DNA from: Candidatus Poribacteria bacterium
Lineage (GTDB): Bacteria > Poribacteria > WGA-4E > PCPOR2b
Length of the DNA stretch: 64,000 bases
Assembly (NCBI GenBank): GCA_965208325.1
Contig: OZ242326.1
Coordinates: 448,001-512,000 of the forward strand
Direction: 5' to 3'
Position numbers and translations under genes: made by a program. Of the stretch, positions 51,486-61,743 are shown piece by piece (positions within the stretch are counted from its first letter, which is position 1; each line of letters begins with the position of its first letter). A model generated the notes under the pieces. That model ran no database searches. It was not told where the DNA came from and worked only from the letters and a program-made list of their open reading frames with translations.

Positions 51486-53453
51486 ATGAGAATATGGAAT
51501 TCAAATGCGAAGATTTCAAAGTTTATCTTCTACAGCATGATGTTGTTTCTACTGTTCGGGACTACTGTCAACCGGGCGGCGGCGGAAGATGTGTACAGTC
51601 TATTCGGGAAACTATTCCTTTCAGGACGCGTAGAATATGATTTCACGAATAAACGAGACTTTCTCGCGGACACAGAAGAGGATGCCGTCCGGCAAAACGA
51701 GTTTGATTTTGACCGAGTGTTTCGGCGCGGCTTCCACAGTGTCATGATTATTGAGGAAACTGCTGGCAACGTCAAGAACATCTTGAGTTTGGGAGAAGTG
51801 CCAACCACCTTTACGAAATTCACCTTTGATCAGATTGACCTCTCGGGTGTACGATGGGATGTCCGATCAGAGCGCACCGATTGGACGATATTGATGGTAC
51901 CCGGTTTACTCAACCCAGTAATTGGCCAAGAAAATGTGCATGGATCGGGAATTGGTATACGGGAAGTAACGAAGTTTGGGAAGTCTAAGTTTGGAGCTTC
52001 GTGGTACTTCCGCGATACGCCTGTATGGGCATTGGATTTGGAGACTAACTTTGCAAACTATGGTTTGAAGGCGGAAATTGCGGCGACTCCGAAAAGTGCA
52101 TTGAGGAAAAACTTCAGTTCTCGATTTGACGCGACGACGACGGTGTTTAAGGCGTTCCGAACTGTTGGTGACACGATTTTCCAGGGTGAGGCCTTTCGCG
52201 TCGGTCCGCGATTCGATGCCTCTCGCTCTGTTGGGGATAACGACGATCAGGACCGATATAGCGATAACACAACGTTAGATCCGCCCTCATTGATTATTCC
52301 GGGCGATTTGGACAAGAATAACAACGGAACGTTCGATTACGAGGATGATATTCTACTGTTTGACGTTGATGAAGATTTTCTTGACGAAAGGGATCGGAAT
52401 AACAACGGAATACGAGATGCGGAAGAGAACGATAGAGACCCAAATTACGAATTTGACGCTGGCCTGCGGGGGATGCGTCTTTTTATGAAACGCAAAACAA
52501 TGCGCGGAAACACGTCCACTGACCTTGAAATCGGAATGCAATTCGAAAAAGATCTAATGGAAAGGGAATTTCAGCGCCCTTCAACAGCAACAAAGGCGTT
52601 CACCAATCTCGTCTACAAAGACAATCTCTCTCAGAATTCTGCTCTGGTGCTTGAGAACGAACTGAAGTTGGTGAGAGACCACATCCCAGATGAGACCTGG
52701 TACTTTGCGGGATTCTTAAGCGAGACAGAGTGGCAACTCTACCGGGCTAATCCCAACGTGCAGAAATCTGAGGCGGAAGGCGGGTTGGCGTTTTTTAATG
52801 TAGATGGCGGCGTTGAGGTAGAGAAGCGGCGAATAGATCCGCTCTTGATGCAGGACGACGCAATCAATACAGCCAAAGTCACTTGGGAATATTCGGGTAT
52901 AAAGCACATGGTCACGACTGGACGCGTCAAACTGCGATATAATTTGGATTTCAACCTTGACAACGAGCATTACGAGGTCGGCATCATCAAAACAAACTAC
53001 CGAATGCGGCCATCCAAATCGCTTGAGATTACACCGATGTTCAAATACACGGTTCGCAACGGCTTTCAGATGGCAGAAGACCGTTTGGAACTTCTCCCAT
53101 TGGCCGGGACAATCGAGGGTGAAGAGATTACACGCAATTTGCGGCTGAATGTAATTGAAGCTGCAGATGTTCGTGACATGGCGGCAGCCTTTATTTTGAA
53201 AACCGTTTATCAGTTCACGAAGACTATCAAGATCACGGGAGGCGGGCAGGTGTTACTCTTTAACGATATGCTTGAAGATGGAAACGATTTTGTTCGCCAA
53301 GCCATTCTAGCTGAAATGGAAAAGAGCTTTGTAGCTTACGAAAAGGAAATGTTTTTGCACATAGGTGCCAAATACATCGACCAACGCGCAAACGCGGACT
53401 TGAACGACGATAATTACATGGAAACATTCGTGCGTGTATTCGGGAAGTTCTAG
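51486..53453 (+). CDS. Putative outer-membrane beta-barrel protein with acidic Ca-binding-like loops
   Basis: Signal peptide (AAA-E); alternating beta-strand pattern; DLDKNNNGTFD and DRNNNGIRD loops; C-terminal VRVFGKF ending in Phe. Confidence 0.6.
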   Translation: MRIWNSNAKISKFIFYSMMLFLLFGTTVNRAAAEDVYSLFGKLFLSGRVEYDFTNKRDFLADTEEDAVRQNEFDFDRVFRRGFHSVMIIEETAGNVKNILSLGEVPTTFTKFTFDQIDLSGVRWDVRSERTDWTILMVPGLLNPVIGQENVHGSGIGIREVTKFGKSKFGASWYFRDTPVWALDLETNFANYGLKAEIAATPKSALRKNFSSRFDATTTVFKAFRTVGDTIFQGEAFRVGPRFDASRSVGDNDDQDRYSDNTTLDPPSLIIPGDLDKNNNGTFDYEDDILLFDVDEDFLDERDRNNNGIRDAEENDRDPNYEFDAGLRGMRLFMKRKTMRGNTSTDLEIGMQFEKDLMEREFQRPSTATKAFTNLVYKDNLSQNSALVLENELKLVRDHIPDETWYFAGFLSETEWQLYRANPNVQKSEAEGGLAFFNVDGGVEVEKRRIDPLLMQDDAINTAKVTWEYSGIKHMVTTGRVKLRYNLDFNLDNEHYEVGIIKTNYRMRPSKSLEITPMFKYTVRNGFQMAEDRLELLPLAGTIEGEEITRNLRLNVIEAADVRDMAAAFILKTVYQFTKTIKITGGGQVLLFNDMLEDGNDFVRQAILAEMEKSFVAYEKEMFLHIGAKYIDQRANADLNDDNYMETFVRVFGKF

Positions 53454-53573
53454 TTTGTGTTGGCGTTTCAGTTTCTATAGTCGACTCATTTTGCAATTAC
53501 CCATTCTAGTTGCAATTTGGATTCGTCTGTGCCGCTGCAAAGGCATTGAATGTTTTTATATTTTAAATCTCAC

Positions 53574-53614
53574 AAAAAAAACGCAATGCAGAAGATGAAC
53601 TTCCCCATTGCGTT
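53574..53614 (-). terminator. Rho-independent terminator downstream of groEL
   Basis: Minus strand AACGCAATG-GGGAAG..CTTCTG-CATTGCGTT followed by a T-run. Confidence 0.7.
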
Positions 53615-53680
53615 AGCATTTTGCTTTAAAATTTAGTGTCCTCATCGTGGGTAATGGAAGCGTTTCATTCCACGCACCTA

Positions 53681-55318
53681 TCAATGGAGATGTCCATGAT
53701 GTTGATGTGCCCCACCGGGTTCCGGTTTAGGTTCTTCCTCTACCTCCGTGACTAATGATTCTGTTGTCAACAGGAGTCCCGCTACGCTCGCCGCATTTTG
53801 AAGTGCCGACCTGACTACTTTGGTGGGGTCGACGATGCCTGCCTGGAGCAAATCTTCGAATTCGCCGGTTTGTGCGTTGAATCCATGCCCCGCTTCACCA
53901 TCTTTGACTTTGGCAACGACAACGGAACTCTCCTCACCCGCGTTTTCAGTAATCCTCCGGATTGGTGCCTCCAAGGCTTTACGGACGATGTTTACGCCGA
54001 CCGCCTGATCGCCCTCAAGTTGGCTATTCGACAGCACGGAGCTTGCTCGCAACAGCGCAAGACCTCCTCCCGGAACAATTCCTTCCTCGACAGCCGCGCG
54101 CGATGCAGATAAAGCATCTTCAAATCGAGTTTTTTTCTCTTTCATCTCCGTTTCAGTCGCCGCACCGACCCGAATCACAGCAACACCTCCCGCGAGTTTC
54201 GCTAGACGTTCTTCCAGTTTTTCACGATCGTAGTCGGAAGTAGTTTCCTCAATTTGCCGACGAATTTGGCCAATTCGATTCTCAATTTCCGATTTCATTC
54301 CTGCGCCTTCGACGACCGTGGTATCGTCTTTGGTAACGATTACCCGCTTTGCGCTGCCAAGCATACCGATCACCAGATTTTCCAATTTAATGCCTATGTC
54401 TTCCGAGATAACCTGTCCGTTGGTAAGAACACCTAAGTCCCCGAGCATCGCTTTACGCCTGTCACCGAAACCCGGTGCTTTTACAGCGACACATTGACAA
54501 ATGCCGCGCAGTTTATTCACGACCAACGCGGCTAAAGCCTCCCCTTCAACGTCTTCTGCGATGATGAGGAGAGAACGTCCAAGTTGGACAACTTTCTCCA
54601 AGATTGGGACAAGACTAGCCATCGAGCTAATCTTTCCATCATTAATCAAAATCAGTGGATCTTCTAATTCCGTAACGAGTTGTTCGTCATTGGTCACAAA
54701 GTGGGGGGAGAGATACCCGCGGTCAAATTGCATCCCATCAACATAATCAACGTTTGTGTCAGAACTCTTTCCTTCTTCAACCGTGATAACGCCGTCCTCG
54801 CCCACTTTTTCCATTGCATCTGCGATAAGTCTTCCTATTCCGGAAGCATTCGCCCGGTCATTGGCTGCAATGGACGCGACTTGTGCAATTTCACCGTGTG
54901 TGCTTATGGCTGTACTCTGTTTTTTTAGCGCTTCGACAACAGCGGCCACAGTTTTCTCAATGCCAATCTTCAATTGCATCGAATCCATGCCAGCGGCAAC
55001 GCTCTTTAGCCCCTCATGGATGATTTCTTGAGCCAACACCGTAGCGGTTGTTGTGCCGTCGCCTGCCACGTCGTTTGTTTTAGTGGCGACCGATTTTAAC
55101 AATTGTGCGCCCATGTTTTCGTATTGATCGGGAAGTTCAATTTCCTTAGCAACAGTAACGCCGTCACTCGTAATTACCGGTGATCCAAAGGACTTTTGAA
55201 GAATCACATTACGGCCGCGGGGACCAAGTGTTACTGTTACCGCCTGCGCGAGTGTGTCAGCACCCCGCTGGAGGGCTTCTCGGGCTTCTACATCAAAAAT
55301 CAGCTGCTTTGCTGCCAT
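53681..55318 (-). CDS. groEL: Chaperonin GroEL with His-rich C-terminus
   Basis: [49 protein letters not shown]. Confidence 0.98.
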   Translation of the reverse strand: MAAKQLIFDVEAREALQRGADTLAQAVTVTLGPRGRNVILQKSFGSPVITSDGVTVAKEIELPDQYENMGAQLLKSVATKTNDVAGDGTTTATVLAQEIIHEGLKSVAAGMDSMQLKIGIEKTVAAVVEALKKQSTAISTHGEIAQVASIAANDRANASGIGRLIADAMEKVGEDGVITVEEGKSSDTNVDYVDGMQFDRGYLSPHFVTNDEQLVTELEDPLILINDGKISSMASLVPILEKVVQLGRSLLIIAEDVEGEALAALVVNKLRGICQCVAVKAPGFGDRRKAMLGDLGVLTNGQVISEDIGIKLENLVIGMLGSAKRVIVTKDDTTVVEGAGMKSEIENRIGQIRRQIEETTSDYDREKLEERLAKLAGGVAVIRVGAATETEMKEKKTRFEDALSASRAAVEEGIVPGGGLALLRASSVLSNSQLEGDQAVGVNIVRKALEAPIRRITENAGEESSVVVAKVKDGEAGHGFNAQTGEFEDLLQAGIVDPTKVVRSALQNAASVAGLLLTTESLVTEVEEEPKPEPGGAHQHHGHLH

Positions 55319-55363
55319 ATTTTCTCTCCTGTAGCATCGGTATTTACCTGAAAGGTGGGGTTG

Positions 55364-55390
55364 TTAGCACTCTTACTTAGTGAGTGCTAG
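55364..55390 (-). promoter_or_regulatory. CIRCE element (HrcA operator)
   Basis: TTAGCACTC-ttacttagt-GAGTGCTAG, 45 bp upstream of the groEL start. Confidence 0.92.
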
Positions 55391-55401
55391 CCGAACACCG
55401 A

Positions 55402-55431
55402 ATTATACATCACGCCACCGCAAAAAGTCAA
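55402..55431 (-). promoter_or_regulatory. sigma70 promoter of groEL
   Basis: Minus strand TTGACT-18 bp-TATAAT just upstream of CIRCE. Confidence 0.7.
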
Positions 55432-55481
55432 CCTGAATCCTCATTTTGGGTTCGGCGAATGCAGATTTGCGACGTGCCGTA

Positions 55482-56219
55482 TTAGTTGATGCCGTCCCAG
55501 TATTTCCACATGTCTCGGGGCGTTTCGTACTTAATCTGCTCCAAATCTTTCCGGCTGACCCGGCCAATCAGTGCAATCCTAACATCGCGGCTGATGTTTG
55601 TGGAGGCTGTGTGTGATAGTTGATTATGCCAGAAACAGACATCTCCCGGCCCGCCTGTGACCTCCATCCCTGCTCCGAGATCGAAGGGAGCCACACCACC
55701 CTCCAAGCTGTCAATATCGTGGTGTCTGAAATACTCGGCAAAAATTTTATGGCTCTCCGGCCAAACCATAAATCCGCCGCCTTTAGATTCCACTCTGCCG
55801 AGATAGATTGTGACGCCCAGTGTAAACACGCTAACACCACCTTTAGGGACTCCGTTCGACGGGGTATAATAGCCGTCAAGATGGCCAGTTGGCGGATGCC
55901 ACTCACTGTTTGGGGATGGAAAATTTATGTGGGGTGTTACCCCGCCATCGGTATGTAACGTCCCTTTGCCCACCATCTCCTCTGCCATTGCGAACACGGG
56001 TTCGGCATAGATGGTGCGCTTGAGGGCGTCTGTTCCCCCGATGTCGAAGGCTTGATATCCTTTGTCTATCCAAGAAGCTGGATTGTTTCGGTCCGCTTCA
56101 ACGTTGTTCCAAATCACCTCCAACGCCGCGTCTATTACTTGCGGATTGAGTGCATCTCGTATTATGACGTATCCATGTTCTTTAAAGTAATCTTTATCTA
56201 CCTTCGTTAGATGAGCCAT
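55482..56219 (-). CDS. PhyH family dioxygenase
   Basis: FKEHGYVIIRDAL, GHLDGY, GGFMVWPESH, PGDVCFWH..LSH. Confidence 0.85.
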   Translation of the reverse strand: MAHLTKVDKDYFKEHGYVIIRDALNPQVIDAALEVIWNNVEADRNNPASWIDKGYQAFDIGGTDALKRTIYAEPVFAMAEEMVGKGTLHTDGGVTPHINFPSPNSEWHPPTGHLDGYYTPSNGVPKGGVSVFTLGVTIYLGRVESKGGGFMVWPESHKIFAEYFRHHDIDSLEGGVAPFDLGAGMEVTGGPGDVCFWHNQLSHTASTNISRDVRIALIGRVSRKDLEQIKYETPRDMWKYWDGIN

Positions 56220-56230
56220 TGTGTGCGTTT

Positions 56231-57445
56231 TTATGCCCAGCCTTGGCTAACGCCTCCAACCCGCTGCTCGCTAATTTTTTCAAAGTAACCACTCTTACGA
56301 TACGCTGTCAACGGGTCAGGGTCTCTATCCATTTCCAAACGCACTTGCTCAAGCAGCGGTGATAGGTCCGTTTCGTATGCCCGTTGCAGAATTCTCTCGG
56401 CGTCGATAATTTCGCCCGTATCCTGCGCTTCGCCCAGCGCTATGCGGTCGACGATTAATGCTTTTGCGTACGCTGACTGTAGGTTGCAGACGGATTGAAT
56501 GCTCGCTTCAACTTTGGGCTTTAGGTTGTGGCTTTGGTCAATCATGTATGCGATATTCGTCTGAGTGCCAGGATCCAACTCTGCCGCGGCGAGTTCCGTG
56601 TAAATGAGGAAAAGCTCCTGGGGGTTGATTGTTCCAACGGTCAAATCATCATCGGCAAACTTTCGGCAGTTGAAGTGGAAACCGCCCAGTTTCCCTTCGT
56701 CGATGAGAAAGGCAACGATATATTCGATGTTTGTACCTTGCGCATGGTGCCCGAGGTCAATCAGGACCTGTGCCTTATTTCCCAACTTGGCCGCCATCAC
56801 GTAAGCGTTTCCCCAATCAGCGAGGTCGGTATGATAGAAAGCAGGTTCGAAGAATTTGTACTCAATAAGCATGCGCACACCATCATCGAGTGCGTCATAA
56901 ACCTCGCGCAGGCATTCGTACATCCACCGCTTGCGCTTCCTGAAATTTCCTTGGCCGGGAAAATTTGTCCCATCGGCGAACCAGAGGCTGAGCAGCGTGG
57001 ACCCAGTAATCTGCATAATCCCCACACATTCTAGCATGTGATCGACAGCAAGGCGCCGGACAGATGGGTCATGGTTGCAGATGCTTCCAAATTTGTACTC
57101 CTGCCCTTGAAAGACGTTCGGATTAATTGCCCCGATACCGATCCCGATTTCTGCCGCATACTGCTTTAGCCCTAGCCAATCATCTGTCTTGTCCCAAGGG
57201 ATATGTAGAGCGACGGTTGGGGCGGCGCCGGTGAATCTGTGGACGGCGGCCGCATCTTCAAGGCGTTCGCGAGCATTTCGTGCTGCCCCCAGTTGTGCAA
57301 ATACGCCGAATCGCGTTCCTGAATTTCCGTAACCCCATGACGGGGTTTCAATGCGTTGGCTTTTGAGTCTAGATTTGACCGCCTCAATCTCAATCCCTTG
57401 TTTTTCCAAGTCTTCCGCTAGTAGATCGTATTTGGGATTGCTCAT
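56231..57445 (-). CDS. rhaI: L-rhamnose isomerase (RhaI type)
   Basis: [56 protein letters not shown]. Confidence 0.88.
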   Translation of the reverse strand: MSNPKYDLLAEDLEKQGIEIEAVKSRLKSQRIETPSWGYGNSGTRFGVFAQLGAARNARERLEDAAAVHRFTGAAPTVALHIPWDKTDDWLGLKQYAAEIGIGIGAINPNVFQGQEYKFGSICNHDPSVRRLAVDHMLECVGIMQITGSTLLSLWFADGTNFPGQGNFRKRKRWMYECLREVYDALDDGVRMLIEYKFFEPAFYHTDLADWGNAYVMAAKLGNKAQVLIDLGHHAQGTNIEYIVAFLIDEGKLGGFHFNCRKFADDDLTVGTINPQELFLIYTELAAAELDPGTQTNIAYMIDQSHNLKPKVEASIQSVCNLQSAYAKALIVDRIALGEAQDTGEIIDAERILQRAYETDLSPLLEQVRLEMDRDPDPLTAYRKSGYFEKISEQRVGGVSQGWA

Positions 57446-57645
57446 TCCGTATCGTCCTAGTATTTGCCTTGATTTCTCGACCTACGCGTCCGGTTTAAAA
57501 TTCATGTCTGCCGCAATAAAAACCGACTGGATTGATCGAATCGCCATGAAGGCTTAAGAGTTTTTCGGTATCCACACCGAAAGCATGCTCAGATGGTAGC
57601 ACGACTGCCTTTTCTCGTCAACCAAAATAATCCTTGAGAATTGCC

Positions 57646-57674
57646 TTGATAGAGGTATATGTGTAGGTTATAAT
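57646..57674 (+). promoter_or_regulatory. Putative sigma70 promoter of glyQS
   Basis: TTGATA-17 bp-TATAAT. Confidence 0.55.
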
Positions 57675-57725
57675 GATTAAAGAACCGGGGAAGTCGATTT
57701 AAGGAAATGGCGTGGAGGAAACGCA

Positions 57726-59024
57726 ATGGTATCAATGGAAACCATCACCTCGCTATGCAAAAGGCGAGGATTTATCTTTCAAAGCAGTGAAATTTACGAA
57801 GGACTCGCCGGATGTTGGGATTTCGGTCCACTCGGGGTTGAATTAGTGCGTAACGTGAAGGAAGCCTGGTGGAAAAACGTAGTGCATCAGCGAGATGATA
57901 TGGTAGGCCTAGATGCGTCAATACTCATGCATCCACAAGCTTGGGTTGCATCGGGGCACGTTGAGAACTTCACCGATCCGATGGTTGATTGTATGCGTTG
58001 TAAACGGCGTTTTCGCGCGGACCACATTGATGGGGAAAACTGTCCTAATTGCGGTGGTGAATTGACCGAAGCGCGGCAATTCAACCTAATGTTCAAAACA
58101 TTCATAGGTCCCTTAGAGGACGAGGCTTCTCAAGTGTATCTTCGTCCGGAAACCGCCCAAGGAATCTTTGTTAATTTCAAGAATATTATAGATTCGATGC
58201 GCCTAAAAATCCCCTTTGGCATTGCTCAAATCGGAAAGGCGTTTCGGAACGAAATCACGGTTGGAAATTTTATTTTCCGTGTTCGTGAATTTGAGCAGAT
58301 GGAAATTGAGTATTTTGTGAAACCGGGTACCGATGAAGAATGGCACGAAAAGTGGATTTCAAATCGTTCGGACTGGTATTTGCAACTGGGAATTCGGAAA
58401 GAGAATCTGAGGTGCCGTCCGCACGAGGAAGATGAACTAGCGCACTATAGCAAATCGTGTGTTGACATTGAATATCTTTTCCCAATGGGTTGGTCAGAAT
58501 TGGAAGGGGTTGCCAGCCGCAGCGATCACGATTTATCTGTTCATGCAGAACATAGCAAGAAGGATTTGAACTATTATGACCCAGTTGCAGAAACACATTA
58601 CGTTCCCTATGTCATCGAACCTTCAGTCGGCGTTGGGCGCGCAGCGTTGGCTTTCCTGATTGATGCTTATAGCGAGGAAGAAGTCGCCGGCAGAAAGCGG
58701 ACAATACTTCGAATTCATAAAGACCTCGCACCAATCAAGGCAGCAGTATTGCCGCTGTTGAGAAATCGGCCTGATATCGTTCAACTTGCTAGAGAGATTA
58801 CACATGCGTTGCAGAAAGAATTTGTCGCGGTTTATGACGATACCGCAGGAATTGGACGTCTGTACCGGCGGCAAGATGAGATTGGCACACCTTATTGCAT
58901 TACGGTTGATGTCGAGTCTTTGGACGACCGCGCCGTCACTATCCGCGACCGTGATAGTATGCAACAGATTCGTGTTTCCGTTGACAGACTTGTAGAGACA
59001 GTTACTGAAAAGTTAAAGTCTTAA
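57726..59024 (+). CDS. glyQS: Glycine--tRNA ligase (homodimeric type)
   Basis: KRRGFIFQSSEIY, LRPETAQGIF, GKAFRNEI, REFEQME, YRRQDEIGTP. Confidence 0.96.
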   Translation: MVSMETITSLCKRRGFIFQSSEIYEGLAGCWDFGPLGVELVRNVKEAWWKNVVHQRDDMVGLDASILMHPQAWVASGHVENFTDPMVDCMRCKRRFRADHIDGENCPNCGGELTEARQFNLMFKTFIGPLEDEASQVYLRPETAQGIFVNFKNIIDSMRLKIPFGIAQIGKAFRNEITVGNFIFRVREFEQMEIEYFVKPGTDEEWHEKWISNRSDWYLQLGIRKENLRCRPHEEDELAHYSKSCVDIEYLFPMGWSELEGVASRSDHDLSVHAEHSKKDLNYYDPVAETHYVPYVIEPSVGVGRAALAFLIDAYSEEEVAGRKRTILRIHKDLAPIKAAVLPLLRNRPDIVQLAREITHALQKEFVAVYDDTAGIGRLYRRQDEIGTPYCITVDVESLDDRAVTIRDRDSMQQIRVSVDRLVETVTEKLKS

Positions 59025-59098
59025 GCCGAAACGCATACGTCAATATCCAGAAGCGGCGCTTAGGCGTTTCACAGCGGAGGTTCGCGGGGAGTATTTTC

Positions 59099-59575
59099 AT
59101 GAAAGGGACAATTCGTAAAGCTCAATTGGCTGACGCTGCGCACATGGTCGAACTCTCGGAGCAAAAACGCACCGAGTATGAAAAACATAAGCCCAATTTT
59201 TGGCGTAAAGCTCATGATTCCGCCCAAAAGCAGACGCCGTATTTTGAGCAGCAAATTAGGAGCGACCAGGTAATCGCCCGCATACATGAACAAAATGGAA
59301 TAATGGATGGCTTTGTTATCGGTATGCTTGTGTCAGCACCGGCGGTCTATGATCCGGGCGGGCTTAGTTGTTTCATTGACGACTTCGTGGTAAAAAACCC
59401 AAGTCTTTGGCAAAGTGTAGGCGTGTTGTTGCTTAACGAAGTCATCCATGAATCTAAGATCCGGGGTGCTGTGCAGAGCATAGTTGTGTGTGGCCATCAC
59501 GATGCACCTAAACAGTTAATGCTTGCTTCCACGGGTTCTTCGATTGCCTCTGAATGGTGGGTAAAGACGTTATAG
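59099..59575 (+). CDS. GNAT family N-acetyltransferase
   Basis: IRKAQLAD, IDDFVV...WQSVGVLLL. Confidence 0.7.
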   Translation: MKGTIRKAQLADAAHMVELSEQKRTEYEKHKPNFWRKAHDSAQKQTPYFEQQIRSDQVIARIHEQNGIMDGFVIGMLVSAPAVYDPGGLSCFIDDFVVKNPSLWQSVGVLLLNEVIHESKIRGAVQSIVVCGHHDAPKQLMLASTGSSIASEWWVKTL

Positions 59576-59638
59576 AGATTCGCAAAAATACTACAATGAG
59601 ACTTGAATCACTCATGAAACTAGGAAGGAAAACTCAAA

Positions 59639-60664
59639 GTGATACGCGATGCAATTCAGAAACTTGTTGATGGACGGGACCTTACCGAGAATGAAACAGT
59701 TGACACGATGAATGAAATCATGAATGGTGAGGCGACCGATGCCCAAATAGCAGGTTTCATCACTGCTCTACGATTGAAAAAGGAAACCATTGAAGAGATT
59801 ATCGGTGCGGCGCGCGTGATGCGTGAAAAAGCTACACCCGTACATACCAGACATTCGTTAGTTGTGGATACATGTAGTACGGGTGGCACCCGTTTGGATT
59901 CCTTCAACATATCAACGACTTCCGCCTTCGTAGTTGCGGGCGCAGGGGTGCCGGTGGCAAAACATGGTAATCGAGGGGTGACCCGCGTAAGCGGCAGTGC
60001 GAATGTATTGATGGCGCTCGGTGTCAACATTGAAATTACGCCGGAACATGTCAGTCGGTGTATTGATAAGGTTGGCATCGGTTTCCTCTTTGCGCCAATG
60101 CTGCATGGGGCGATGAAATATGCAATTGGACCTCGTCGGGAAATTGGAATCCGCACAATTTTCAACACCGTTGCGCCCTTGACTAACCCGGCGCGTGTTA
60201 AGGCACAAGTGATCGGAGTTTACGCGCCTGAACTCACGGAGCAACACGCAAACGCGCTCAAAAATTTTGGGAGTCATCACGCTTTCGTCGTGCACGGCAA
60301 CGACGGATTAGATGAAATCACAACAACGACAACCACGCGGATTTCAGAGTTGGTCAATGGCGGCGTTACAACCTATACCCTTGATCCAACAGCGATGGGG
60401 ATTCCTAAAGCGCATCCTAATGATATCCTAAGTGGTACCCCAGAACAAAATGCCGAAAGAATTCTGCGCATTCTCAACGGAGAGAAGGGGCCGAAGCGAA
60501 ATATTGTTGCACTCAATGCGGCGGCGGCAATTGTCGCTGGCGGTAAAGCTGAGAATCTTAAGCAAGGATATATGCTTGCAGAAGCATCGATTGATTCGGG
60601 CAAGGCTTTGGAGAAATTAGAAGGGTTGAGGTCAATGTCGAATGAATTGGAAAATTCAAACTAG
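59639..60664 (+). CDS. trpD: Anthranilate phosphoribosyltransferase
   Basis: DTCSTGG, FNIST, AKHGNR, RTIFN, DGLDEI. Confidence 0.95.
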   Translation: MIRDAIQKLVDGRDLTENETVDTMNEIMNGEATDAQIAGFITALRLKKETIEEIIGAARVMREKATPVHTRHSLVVDTCSTGGTRLDSFNISTTSAFVVAGAGVPVAKHGNRGVTRVSGSANVLMALGVNIEITPEHVSRCIDKVGIGFLFAPMLHGAMKYAIGPRREIGIRTIFNTVAPLTNPARVKAQVIGVYAPELTEQHANALKNFGSHHAFVVHGNDGLDEITTTTTTRISELVNGGVTTYTLDPTAMGIPKAHPNDILSGTPEQNAERILRILNGEKGPKRNIVALNAAAAIVAGGKAENLKQGYMLAEASIDSGKALEKLEGLRSMSNELENSN

Positions 60665-60672
60665 GTGAAACG

Positions 60673-61713
60673 ATGGATTTGGTCACGTTTGGCGAGGCGA
60701 TGGTTCGGCTCACTTCACCGGATTTCATGCGGCTCGAACAGTCGTCATCCTTAAACATGAGCGTAGGCGGCGCTGAACTCAATGTTGCTATTAATGGAGC
60801 TCAGTTAGGATTGCGCACGGCATGGGTTTCACGGCTCGTTGACAATTGGTCAGGCCGCTTTATCCGAAATACAGGGCGCAAATTAGGTGTTGATATGTCC
60901 CGAATCGTTTGGGCTCAATTTGATGGAATTGGGCTTGAACGCAACGGCTTTTATCACATTGAACTAGGAGCGGGGCCTCGTGCGAGCAACGTCACGTATG
61001 ACCGAGGATTTACTGCTATTTCAAAGATTAAACCCGGTGAAGTTGAATGGAAGTCCATTTTTGCAGACTGCCGGTGGTTTCATTTGAGCGGAATTACTCC
61101 TGCATTATCGGAATCTGCCGCGTTGGCAACGTGCGAGGCATTGCATACCGCACGTGCAATGGGGGTGACAACCAGCTACGATTTGAATTACCGCGCGAAA
61201 CTTTGGAGCCCAGAACGCGCGCAAGCCGTCAATCACGAAATAATGGAGTATATTTGTGTATTAATCGGGAACGAAGAAGATTTTGAGAAGGCGCTCGGCA
61301 TAAGGGCGGAAGGAACGCAACACGGCTATAGTAAAATCAATCCAGATAGTTACAAAACTGTAGCGAAGCACGTGGTTGATCGCTATGCCAATGTGGAAAT
61401 GATTGCCACAACTTTGCGCGAGGCAAAATCAGGTTGGTTAAACGACTGGCGCACGCTGCTTTTCAACGGGGAGGAATTTTTCCTGTCCAGCATTTACGAA
61501 AATCTCGAACTTGTTGATCGCGTGGGCGGCGGAGATAGCTTCGCGGCAGCGTTGATTTACAGTTTGCTCGCAGGCAAGCCGCCTCAAGAGACGGTCGATT
61601 TTGCAGGGGCATACTCCGCACTCGCACACACTTTTCCAGGTGATTTTAACTGGGCAACGTCCGAAGAAGCTGAAAAGGCGATTGTGGCAGACAGTGTGCG
61701 AATCGTTCGTTAA
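60673..61713 (+). CDS. PfkB family sugar kinase (2-keto-3-deoxygluconate kinase-like)
   Basis: TFGEAMVRL, GGAELNVA, SYDLNYRAKLW, DRVGGGDSF. Confidence 0.88.
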   Translation: MDLVTFGEAMVRLTSPDFMRLEQSSSLNMSVGGAELNVAINGAQLGLRTAWVSRLVDNWSGRFIRNTGRKLGVDMSRIVWAQFDGIGLERNGFYHIELGAGPRASNVTYDRGFTAISKIKPGEVEWKSIFADCRWFHLSGITPALSESAALATCEALHTARAMGVTTSYDLNYRAKLWSPERAQAVNHEIMEYICVLIGNEEDFEKALGIRAEGTQHGYSKINPDSYKTVAKHVVDRYANVEMIATTLREAKSGWLNDWRTLLFNGEEFFLSSIYENLELVDRVGGGDSFAAALIYSLLAGKPPQETVDFAGAYSALAHTFPGDFNWATSEEAEKAIVADSVRIVR

Positions 61714-61743
61714 ACTGCGCCTTCAGGTATGGTCTATTTTTAT

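Noticed and set aside
57446..57725. T-box riboswitch upstream of glyQS
   Set aside because: No T-box consensus, and the predicted leader is only about 45 nt.
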